A stretch of DNA of 64,000 nucleotides from a virus (lineage: Duplodnaviria > Caudoviricetes), in the IMG/VR virus record IMGVR_UViG_3300043021_000113. One strand, 5' to 3'. Positions within the stretch are counted from its first letter, which is position 1, and every line of letters begins with the position of its first letter. Positions 19,216 to 27,332 of this stretch are shown piece after piece. Both the position numbers and the translations under genes were made by a program. The notes under the pieces were generated by a model. The model was not told the DNA's origin. It worked only from the letters and a program-made list of their open reading frames with translations, and searched no databases.

Positions 19216-19246
19216 CAAAGATAAATAAAAAAAATTAAAATCCAAA
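19216..19246 (-). promoter_or_regulatory. Bacteroidota promoter, antisense to the late operon
   Basis: Minus strand TTTG (19246-19243) - N19 - TATCTTTG (19223-19216). Confidence 0.65.
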
Positions 19247-19251
19247 AAAAA

Positions 19252-19671
19252 ATGGGAAAATATTTTACAATCGCAGAATTGACAAATTCAGCAACTGCTA
19301 AGGCTAAAAAAATTGATAATACGCCAAATGCAGAACAAACAAAAAATCTGGAAGAACTAATAAAGACTCTTGACATTATAAGAGAGCATTTCGGTTCTCC
19401 AATTACTATTACATCCGGTTTTAGAAGCTGGCAATTAAACAGCGCTGTTGGAGGAAGTAAGACAAGCCATCACGCGCGAGGCATGGCAAGCGATATGGTT
19501 TGTAAAGATAACAAAGCTCTTTTTGACTTAATAATTAAACTTAAAGATCAAAAAATAATTGCTTTTACTCAATTAATAAACGAGAAACCACTTAAAGATG
19601 GAACGCCAAGTTGGGTTCATTTAGGAGTTGATCCTAAAGATTTAAAGAACCAGATTTTAACTATAAAATAA
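19252..19671 (+). CDS. Peptidase M15 family endolysin (Zn peptidoglycan peptidase)
   Basis: ITSGFRS..LNSAVGGSKTSHH..G.ASD and WVH motifs. Confidence 0.88.
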   Translation: MGKYFTIAELTNSATAKAKKIDNTPNAEQTKNLEELIKTLDIIREHFGSPITITSGFRSWQLNSAVGGSKTSHHARGMASDMVCKDNKALFDLIIKLKDQKIIAFTQLINEKPLKDGTPSWVHLGVDPKDLKNQILTIK

Positions 19672-19703
19672 TTTGGTAATATCAAAAAAAATTTTTAATT
19701 TTG
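19672..19703 (+). promoter_or_regulatory. Bacteroidota-type promoter overlapping the TTG start of the next gene
   Basis: TTTG (19672-19675) - N20 - TAATTTTG (19696-19703). Confidence 0.5.
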
Positions 19704-20024
19704 AAAGTCATTTATAATAAATTAATTCCTTTTGGGAGCTTTAAAGCAATAAATCTTTTTGGAATTGTTTTCGCTAAAAACAAAATGTCAAATAAAGACC
19801 TAAACCATGAAGCGATACATACCGCACAAATGAAAGAAACTTTGTTTATTTTATTTTATATTTTGTATCTTATAGAGTGGATGGTTAAATTATGCTTTAA
19901 AGGTAATGCTTATCAAAATTTAAGCTTTGAAAAAGAAGCTTACAAATTCCAAGATAATTTAAATTATCTTGAAAACAGAAAACCCTATTCTTGGGTTAAG
20001 TATTTATTAATTAATAAACAATAA
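19701..20024 (+). CDS. Small HExxH (zincin-like) membrane-associated protein
   Basis: LNHEAIHTAQ, hydrophobic FILFYILYLIEW, AYQNLSFEKEAY; TTG start. Confidence 0.7.
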   Translation: MKVIYNKLIPFGSFKAINLFGIVFAKNKMSNKDLNHEAIHTAQMKETLFILFYILYLIEWMVKLCFKGNAYQNLSFEKEAYKFQDNLNYLENRKPYSWVKYLLINKQ

Positions 20025-20032
20025 AACACAGA

Positions 20033-20356
20033 ATGAAAATCAAAAAATTTCAAATGGGCGGAGCTGTAGATCCTGCAATGGCTGGCGCCGAAATGGGCGC
20101 TGAAGCTGGAGCTGTAGCTGGTGCTGAAGCAGGAGCTGAAATGGGAGCAGAAGCTGGTGGTGATCCTATAATGGAACTTGTACAAATGGCAGCTGAAGCT
20201 TTACAAGCTCAAGATCCAAACATAGCTATGGCAGTATGCGAGGGCTTAATTGCTTTGGTGCAAGGTGGCGCACCTGCTCCCGGAGGTGAAGAGCCTGTAA
20301 TGATGCGTCGTGGTGGTAAAATGTGCGGAGCTAAGAAAAAAGCTAAAAAATGTTAA
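20033..20356 (+). CDS. Small Ala/Gly-rich putative virion protein with AGAE repeats
   Basis: 107 aa; MKIKKFQMGG N-terminus, (A/M)GA(E/V) repeats, basic C-terminus; followed by a terminator. Confidence 0.65.
   Translation: MKIKKFQMGGAVDPAMAGAEMGAEAGAVAGAEAGAEMGAEAGGDPIMELVQMAAEALQAQDPNIAMAVCEGLIALVQGGAPAPGGEEPVMMRRGGKMCGAKKKAKKC
20081..20160 (+). repeat. Degenerate 12-nt tandem repeat encoding (A/M)GA(E/V) x6
   Basis: GCTGGCGCCGAA/ATGGGCGCTGAA/GCTGGAGCTGTA/GCTGGTGCTGAA/GCAGGAGCTGAA/ATGGGAGCAGAA. Confidence 0.75.
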
Positions 20357-20364
20357 AACTTTTT

Positions 20365-20398
20365 AAAGGGAGGTATTTTCTAATATCTCCCTTTTTCT
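20365..20398 (+). terminator. Rho-independent terminator
   Basis: AAAGGGAGGTATT..AATATCTCCCTTTTT. Confidence 0.8.
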
Positions 20399-20427
20399 AT
20401 ATATAGCAATTTTTAAAAAAATATATA

Positions 20428-23400
20428 ATGGCAAGAAGAAAAAAGGAAACTGTAATTAAAGCTGAAACTGGCGTTAAAACTATAAAGCCAGAAGATAAAG
20501 AGCTTTTAGATGCATACAAAAACGTTCCAAGAGAAGAAGAAATAGAAGAAAAAAAACTTCCAGAAGTTACAATTACACCAGAAACAAAAGCTAATAAAAG
20601 ATATTTTAACGTAGGTGGAACTAACGTTGAAATGACCGAAGATTGGCTAAATAAACTTAAAGATACAGCGAGCACTTCTGGTCTTAAAGATTGGGGGGAA
20701 ATTTTCGAAAATATAAGAAACGGTAATATAACAGGAGTTAGTGCTAGCGGAAATTTAATAGGTAACAATTTATCCAAAAAATGGACAAGAAACACTAATT
20801 GGGCAAGAGCTTTTGGTATTAATAATCGTTCGGTTAGAGAACAAGACGCAGGACAGAGTTTAGGTAATATTATAGTAGATCTTGAAAGAAACGAAAGAAA
20901 CGCAGCTGCTCAAAAAGTAAAAGATGCAGAAGCAGAAAAAGCAGCAGCAAGTGTTTTTGACTTTGGAAGTTCTGATTATTTAAATAAGCTTAATCCTGCT
21001 TTAGCTAAAGCTGGTTATTGGGATACGTTAACCCATAAAGACAGGACAGCTTATGAGGACCAGTATTATAATAAAATGCTTGATGTTATCAAAAACAATG
21101 ATTTTAACGAAAAATACCATACAGGCATTTCTAAAGATTTTTACGATAAAATAAAAGCTAATCCAGAACAATTCTTATCGGATATTAGAGCAGCAAGAGA
21201 AAAAGCCTTAATAGACGGTGTGATTGAAGGATCGGAAATGAACAATATTGTTCGTGATTGGGGAATAAACCCAATGACTTTTTATGGGAAAAGAATTATT
21301 CCTCAAGAAGAAATAGACGCTCAAAATGCAGCAGTAGAAAAAGCTTTAAAAGATCGTGAGGATTTAATAGCAAGAAAACAAGCTGCTTTAGGTAAAAATA
21401 GAAGACCTCTTGAAGGCTTAGAAGAAAATTGGGATGTTAACAATGAAAGCAATTGGGGTTATACTGACGATGAAGGAAATTTTTTAAATGGAGCTTTGGT
21501 TGAATGGCACAAAGGACTTGGTCCAGAAGGGATTTATTATAAAGGTAAAAAATTAGAAGAAAACAAAAATCCATTTTTAGAATCCGAAGATAAAACCGCT
21601 TATGATTGGTACGAAGAACAAAACGCAAAATTAAATAATAATTTAAGAAATCTTTTTAATGATGGAACAGTTGCTAATATTGGAGAATATGCAAAAAATC
21701 AAGCTTTTTTGAGAGCTTCTGGAATAAGTCCTTATGATACTAATTGGGCGAATATTACAAATTCTTTGTCCGAAAATGCAGCAGGACGTCAATTGTTTAT
21801 GTTTGGAGATAAAAACGATCCTAGAAAAAAAACTTATAGATTATGGGATCCAATAACTAAGACTTACAAGCCAGTTAATTTTGAAGTAAGAAATGGTGAA
21901 GCATTTATTGATAATGAATCTTACGGGCCATATAATAGAGTAGGAGTTGGTGGTTATAATAGAAGTGTTCCTAATGAGTTAACAGATAAAACAATAACTA
22001 ATAATACAGGAACACAAACTTTAAATTTAGGACGTAAAGGTCAAGTAGAAGGTCAATATGTAGACGATAGCACATTTATTGCTAAAGATGGGACAACATA
22101 TAAAAAATCTGCATCTGTTGGTGTTCCAACTTGGAGAATTGTTAGAGCTAAACATGGTTCAAAAATAAATATTCAAAAGATAAAAAAATTCCAGCGTGGA
22201 GGTCAAGCTGAATATATAACAAGAGATCAAATAGACGCTGCGAATAATTACGCACAACACGAAAACATAAGAACAGCTAATACAGGAGAAATCGCAACTG
22301 CTCTTACAGGTAATGGTGGAATTGAGCTTTCAAAGCTTGATAAATGGAAGCTTGGAACATTAGCAACTGAGCTTGCAGGTTTGACTGCTTCTGTTACTGG
22401 TTTAGGATCTGGAGTAGCAGGAACATTAGGTGTTGGTGCTACATTATCCAATTTAGGAACAGATATAGCAGATGAAAAAGTCAGTGGATGGCAAGCAGCA
22501 AAAAATGCGGCTTTAGGCCTAGGACTTGATGCTTTGACTTTTTTACCAGGTTTTGGAGTTGGAGCTAAAGCAGCCAAAATCGGAAAACTAGCTAAAGGAG
22601 CTTCAAGGGCATTAGGTGCTTATTTCGCAGCAAAAGGAATGGGTGCTGGAATGGAAGCTATAAGAAAGCTTAATAGTGACGAGAAAATGACTCTTGATGA
22701 TTACCGAATGCTTTTAGCTGGTGTTCAAGGAGTACTTGGTGCTGGACATTTAGGAGCACAAATGGGAGCTCAAAAGAAAGGAGCTATAAAAGGAGCAACA
22801 CTTGATGTTAACGGAAAAACAGTAAAATTTGAAGATGTCAACAAAGCTCAAGACTACGTAAAGAAACAAAAAGCTTTTTCTAAGAAATATGAAGAAGTAA
22901 AAAATATGGATAAAACAGCTGAAGGATACGGAAAGAAAGTTCGTGAATTAGCAGCTGAAAGATCAAAATTAGCTAAAGAATACGGAAAAGAAAATATAGG
23001 ACCAAATGCTCAAATTGAAACTAAATTTGGTTTGAATTTTGGTTTACAAACACCATTGGGTAGAAATGAAGCTGGAAAATTAAGACCAAGACTTCCTTTT
23101 GGTTCGGTAGAAAAAGCAGCTAAAATTAAACCAATATACGAAAAAGGAACATTTGCTATGAAAGGCGATGCTTCAAATAATATGATACAAGAAGCATCCG
23201 CACGTTGGAATGATTGGTTTAATAGGAACCACTGGGGACCAAAAGCTTTGGATAAAACCGTAATTTGGAAGCCATATAATGACGCTGGAATGAATTTAAC
23301 TGGAAAAGAGCGTATGGCTTGGGTTCAAGGACAACGTAAAGAAATAGCAGCTAAAAATACAGCAAATGCAGTGGCAGCAGCAGAAGCTAAGAAAACAAGA

Positions 23401-25425
23401 CTTGCTAATCTTTTAGATATTAGAAAAAGACAAAGATTAATTGATAATGACAGGTTGATTTCTGGTTCTGCTGATGAAACAGCAAGAAAAGCTAATCTTG
23501 ACAATATAGTTAACAAAGCAAGAAGAAGTGCGAGTCTTAATGGATCAAGTGTTGAGGACAATTTGGCTAAATATTTATCGGGAGAAAATCTAGAAAGAGC
23601 AATTGATGTCCACAATGGCGGAATGGGACACACTGCACCTGAAAAATCTTTAAATGCAACTAAAGCATTAAGTGATCAAAGGAAACAATCTTATTTAAAC
23701 GCTCTTAGAAATAGAAGAACAGCTGGTAATAAAACTTTATCAAATGATCAACAAAACAGTTTAAATTATCTTGAAAACGACTGGATCGCTGAAATGAGAA
23801 GAAAAAAACATGTTAATTCTGGAGATATTAACAACATAAAAAATCTTCCTGATGCAGACAAAAAAGCAATGCTTGATAGTTTAAACAATAAAAGCAAGCT
23901 TACTAAGAAAGAAAAAGAACAAAAAAGAGTTTTAGAGTATTTAACTAAAACTGGTTCTGGAACAGTTAAGCAATCTTACAATAAAGGACAAAAAACCCTT
24001 AAAAATGCTTATGGAAAATCTGAAGACACAGGAAATAGGCAATTAAGAAATCTTGCTGTAGAAGCTAGAAATGCAGCTAAGAAATCGGGAAAAAGTCTTG
24101 AACAAGAAATGACAAGACGCGGTATTTCTAAGGATAAATTACAAAAAGCAAAAGATCTTTTAAATAACAAAGGTCCAGCTTCTGGTTCGTCAAGAGCTAA
24201 AGCAGGAATAAGAGAAGAAATAAAAGATATTAGAAGTCAAAGAAGAAGTATGACAACATCTGAAAAGAATGATGCTAAAGATGCATTAAAACGTAAACTT
24301 GAATCTAAAAAATCTTCTTTTAGTGATGCAAGATATAAAAGCCTTTTACGTGATATCAACAAACTTCAAAAAGGAGGTGTTGTTAAAATGCAAGCAGGAG
24401 GTCAAAACTTTTTTACACCTGGAGTTAATAATTTAGGACTTAATAATATAGGGAAAAAAATTGGTTCTTCAATAAACAATGTTTTTGGTGATCCAGACAA
24501 ATTGAGATTAGCAACAACTCTTATTGGAAACAAAAAACAAGCAGATCTAGCCAAAAAGACCCCTAAACCAACATTAAGTGCTCCAATATATTTACAAAGG
24601 CAATCCAACGTTGGCATTAGTTCAATAGCACCTCAACTTAACAATATAAATGCAAGTGTTAATTCTACATTACCTCAATATTCAGACGCTAAATTAAACT
24701 CTGTTGTTAATCTAGGAATGAATGCAAATGCTAATGCAGCAACTGGTCAATTGTATAATAATATTGGAGAAACTAACAGAGGAATTGATGCTAACAATGT
24801 AGAGTTAGCAAATAAAGAACGAATGATGAATGCTGAGATTGCAAATACTAATGCAGCAAAACTGGATGCTTACCGTGACATGTTACACAAAAACAAACAA
24901 ACAAGGCTTGCGTCTGATGTTAGCAGTATTTCTGGTTATTTATTAGGAAAGAGTCAAGAAAAAGCACAAGCTAAACGTTACGCTGACGCAATAGCACTTG
25001 AAGAATTAAGCGGAGTTGCAGCTAAAGATTATGAAAATAATTTAAAAGCTAATTTAGCTCCTTATAAGAAATTAGCAACTGATGCTGGAGTAGATTTTGA
25101 CAATTATTATCTAAACGCTGATGCAACAACAAAAGCAGCAATAGATGAAGCATACACAAATACACAAAGAGCTTATAAAGACCAAATATTAGCTGGAAGA
25201 AAAAAGCTTTTAACTAATTTCAAGCTTTTTAAATCTGGTGGTAAAGTTTCTTTAGAAGAGAAAAAGCAATTAGCAGCTTATAATGCAGAAATGAAAGCTA
25301 ATCAAAAATTAGCTGATAATTACAACAAATTTTCGCTTGAACACGCAAAAGATCAGCAAAAAATGCTTAACTTTATGCTTGGACAATTGAACGCATCACA
25401 AGCAAGAATATTGAAAAAGAAATGA
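20428..25425 (+). CDS. Large internal virion/ejection protein
   Basis: 1665 aa; Gly/Ala hydrophobic membrane-insertion-like region (~22330-22800), very basic region (~23300-24350), KxQxGG motifs at segment borders. Confidence 0.6.
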   Translation: MARRKKETVIKAETGVKTIKPEDKELLDAYKNVPREEEIEEKKLPEVTITPETKANKRYFNVGGTNVEMTEDWLNKLKDTASTSGLKDWGEIFENIRNGNITGVSASGNLIGNNLSKKWTRNTNWARAFGINNRSVREQDAGQSLGNIIVDLERNERNAAAQKVKDAEAEKAAASVFDFGSSDYLNKLNPALAKAGYWDTLTHKDRTAYEDQYYNKMLDVIKNNDFNEKYHTGISKDFYDKIKANPEQFLSDIRAAREKALIDGVIEGSEMNNIVRDWGINPMTFYGKRIIPQEEIDAQNAAVEKALKDREDLIARKQAALGKNRRPLEGLEENWDVNNESNWGYTDDEGNFLNGALVEWHKGLGPEGIYYKGKKLEENKNPFLESEDKTAYDWYEEQNAKLNNNLRNLFNDGTVANIGEYAKNQAFLRASGISPYDTNWANITNSLSENAAGRQLFMFGDKNDPRKKTYRLWDPITKTYKPVNFEVRNGEAFIDNESYGPYNRVGVGGYNRSVPNELTDKTITNNTGTQTLNLGRKGQVEGQYVDDSTFIAKDGTTYKKSASVGVPTWRIVRAKHGSKINIQKIKKFQRGGQAEYITRDQIDAANNYAQHENIRTANTGEIATALTGNGGIELSKLDKWKLGTLATELAGLTASVTGLGSGVAGTLGVGATLSNLGTDIADEKVSGWQAAKNAALGLGLDALTFLPGFGVGAKAAKIGKLAKGASRALGAYFAAKGMGAGMEAIRKLNSDEKMTLDDYRMLLAGVQGVLGAGHLGAQMGAQKKGAIKGATLDVNGKTVKFEDVNKAQDYVKKQKAFSKKYEEVKNMDKTAEGYGKKVRELAAERSKLAKEYGKENIGPNAQIETKFGLNFGLQTPLGRNEAGKLRPRLPFGSVEKAAKIKPIYEKGTFAMKGDASNNMIQEASARWNDWFNRNHWGPKALDKTVIWKPYNDAGMNLTGKERMAWVQGQRKEIAAKNTANAVAAAEAKKTRLANLLDIRKRQRLIDNDRLISGSADETARKANLDNIVNKARRSASLNGSSVEDNLAKYLSGENLERAIDVHNGGMGHTAPEKSLNATKALSDQRKQSYLNALRNRRTAGNKTLSNDQQNSLNYLENDWIAEMRRKKHVNSGDINNIKNLPDADKKAMLDSLNNKSKLTKKEKEQKRVLEYLTKTGSGTVKQSYNKGQKTLKNAYGKSEDTGNRQLRNLAVEARNAAKKSGKSLEQEMTRRGISKDKLQKAKDLLNNKGPASGSSRAKAGIREEIKDIRSQRRSMTTSEKNDAKDALKRKLESKKSSFSDARYKSLLRDINKLQKGGVVKMQAGGQNFFTPGVNNLGLNNIGKKIGSSINNVFGDPDKLRLATTLIGNKKQADLAKKTPKPTLSAPIYLQRQSNVGISSIAPQLNNINASVNSTLPQYSDAKLNSVVNLGMNANANAATGQLYNNIGETNRGIDANNVELANKERMMNAEIANTNAAKLDAYRDMLHKNKQTRLASDVSSISGYLLGKSQEKAQAKRYADAIALEELSGVAAKDYENNLKANLAPYKKLATDAGVDFDNYYLNADATTKAAIDEAYTNTQRAYKDQILAGRKKLLTNFKLFKSGGKVSLEEKKQLAAYNAEMKANQKLADNYNKFSLEHAKDQQKMLNFMLGQLNASQARILKKK

Positions 25426-27332
25426 GAATTAAAAAGTTACAAACTGGAGGTATAGCGCCATATTCTGTTTATTCTCCAGCTCCAATAGCAGCTGCTTCAA
25501 CTCCTGGAGCAGCTGAAATGGAAGCTGCAACACCAACAGCAGAAGGAGCTTCTGGAGAATTGTTAGACGAAAAAATGATTAAACTTTTAATGGAAAATGG
25601 GATTCCATCGGATGTTGACAACTTTCTTGAAGAAGTAAACCAACTTCAAAAAATGATAGCAAGAGGTGGCCCTATAGATTCAACAAGCATTATGTATAGA
25701 AAAATTCTGCCTAAAATAAACAGGATTAAATATGACAACGACAGATTAAATGAAGTTACCAATCAACTTGTTTCTAATGGTGGATTAACAGAAGTTGCAA
25801 TGACAGATACAGGTTTAATCTTTGTTTCTGACGAAGAAGGAAACATTAAACCAGTAACAGTTAGCGAATACAAAGAAAATAGAGATAATTTAAGGGTAAT
25901 TTCTAATAATGAAATAAAAAGCATTAGAAGTCAAAGTCCTTCTGCAGCTTTTAACAATAACTATATAAGCGTAATGGCCAATGGCAAGGGACTTCCTGCT
26001 GTTACAGAAGAATTGTTAAAAGTTATAAATACAATGAAGGAAAATAAGGAATCAAAAGATAGTTTTATTCCTGGGTCTTCTCTTGCTGCACTTGAAGCTT
26101 TCGCTGATATTGAAAAAATGTCAAATGAACAACAAGCGCAATTATACAATGCACTTGGAATGGATAATGACGTAATGTTGAAAAAAACCACAGAATACAG
26201 TACTAATGTAAAAAATTATAAAAACGCGATTAATTATATACTTACAACATTACCTAAAAATTCTCTTACATTATTAAATACTAAAGCAGCGCAGACAGAC
26301 CAAACAGTTAGTCAAATAGTGTTAGATTTAATTATGACAGGCGAAAAGTCAAGTCAAGATATAAAATGGGAAATTAAAGAAAACCAAATTGAAAAAGCCA
26401 AGAATGATTCTAAAAATTCTTCTGGTGAAACTAATTTAACTTTCCAAAATGCTTTAGTAAATGATAGTTTTTCTGACCATGGTTTAAGTGACATTACATT
26501 TAGATTCTCACCTAAACATCAATTCAAAACTGCAGGAGCAATTATTCCTGGAAATGTTTTAGTTGATACAGACGGAAAACCTTTACCAGCTAATGCGTCT
26601 TTATCAACTGTTATGAGTGAAAGCTTAAGCTCTATTGCTTCAAATGATAATGTCTTTTTAGGTGATAAGAAAATAAACTTTAGTGATCTTGACCGTGTAA
26701 TGACAACTGGTAATAATCAAGCCAAAGTTTATATGCCATTAGATCAAGAAGCAATGATGAGAGGAGAAATTAAACCTGATTTAGAAATTGCACAAAGATT
26801 CGAAGAATTAGACAAAGAACGTAGAAATAACCATATAAAGAAAGGTTCTGCTGAAGAAAAAGCTTTATTTGATAAATACAACATGAGCGAATATTGGAAC
26901 GTCGATCCAACTGATCCAAGAGCTGCTGGTATATTTGCACCTTTTGTTGCACTTAATGTTATAGCACAAGGTGACGATTTAGTTTCTGATATGAACAAGT
27001 ATTTTATGGAAAAAGTCGAAGAATCAGACGAATTGGTAAATCAATTTAACATAGCTTATCATAAAGGAAAAACAGGCAAAGAATACGACAAAGGTTATAA
27101 ATCTTCTTTCTTTAAATTCTGGGAAGATGACGAGTTTTACAGAGGAACTGCTTTTATAGCAATAACTAATGATAAAACCGGTGCTTCTTTTGCTGGTAAG
27201 AGTAACAACTTATCAATTCCTAAATATGTAAAAGATGCAAACAGAGTGCGTCAAATGGAAGCTGACCAAATACACGAAAGAATAAATAAAGAGATAAACA
27301 ATAATAACAAAACAAGTTTACTGGATGAGTGA
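25422..27332 (+). CDS. Putative internal virion protein
   Basis: 636 aa; MRIKKLQTGG start; ATGA coupling to the upstream gene. Confidence 0.6.
   Translation: MRIKKLQTGGIAPYSVYSPAPIAAASTPGAAEMEAATPTAEGASGELLDEKMIKLLMENGIPSDVDNFLEEVNQLQKMIARGGPIDSTSIMYRKILPKINRIKYDNDRLNEVTNQLVSNGGLTEVAMTDTGLIFVSDEEGNIKPVTVSEYKENRDNLRVISNNEIKSIRSQSPSAAFNNNYISVMANGKGLPAVTEELLKVINTMKENKESKDSFIPGSSLAALEAFADIEKMSNEQQAQLYNALGMDNDVMLKKTTEYSTNVKNYKNAINYILTTLPKNSLTLLNTKAAQTDQTVSQIVLDLIMTGEKSSQDIKWEIKENQIEKAKNDSKNSSGETNLTFQNALVNDSFSDHGLSDITFRFSPKHQFKTAGAIIPGNVLVDTDGKPLPANASLSTVMSESLSSIASNDNVFLGDKKINFSDLDRVMTTGNNQAKVYMPLDQEAMMRGEIKPDLEIAQRFEELDKERRNNHIKKGSAEEKALFDKYNMSEYWNVDPTDPRAAGIFAPFVALNVIAQGDDLVSDMNKYFMEKVEESDELVNQFNIAYHKGKTGKEYDKGYKSSFFKFWEDDEFYRGTAFIAITNDKTGASFAGKSNNLSIPKYVKDANRVRQMEADQIHERINKEINNNNKTSLLDE

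Noticed and set aside
19179-19376. Minus-strand 65-aa ORF
   Set aside because: Antisense shadow of the endolysin; starts upstream of the minus-strand promoter, so that promoter cannot express it.
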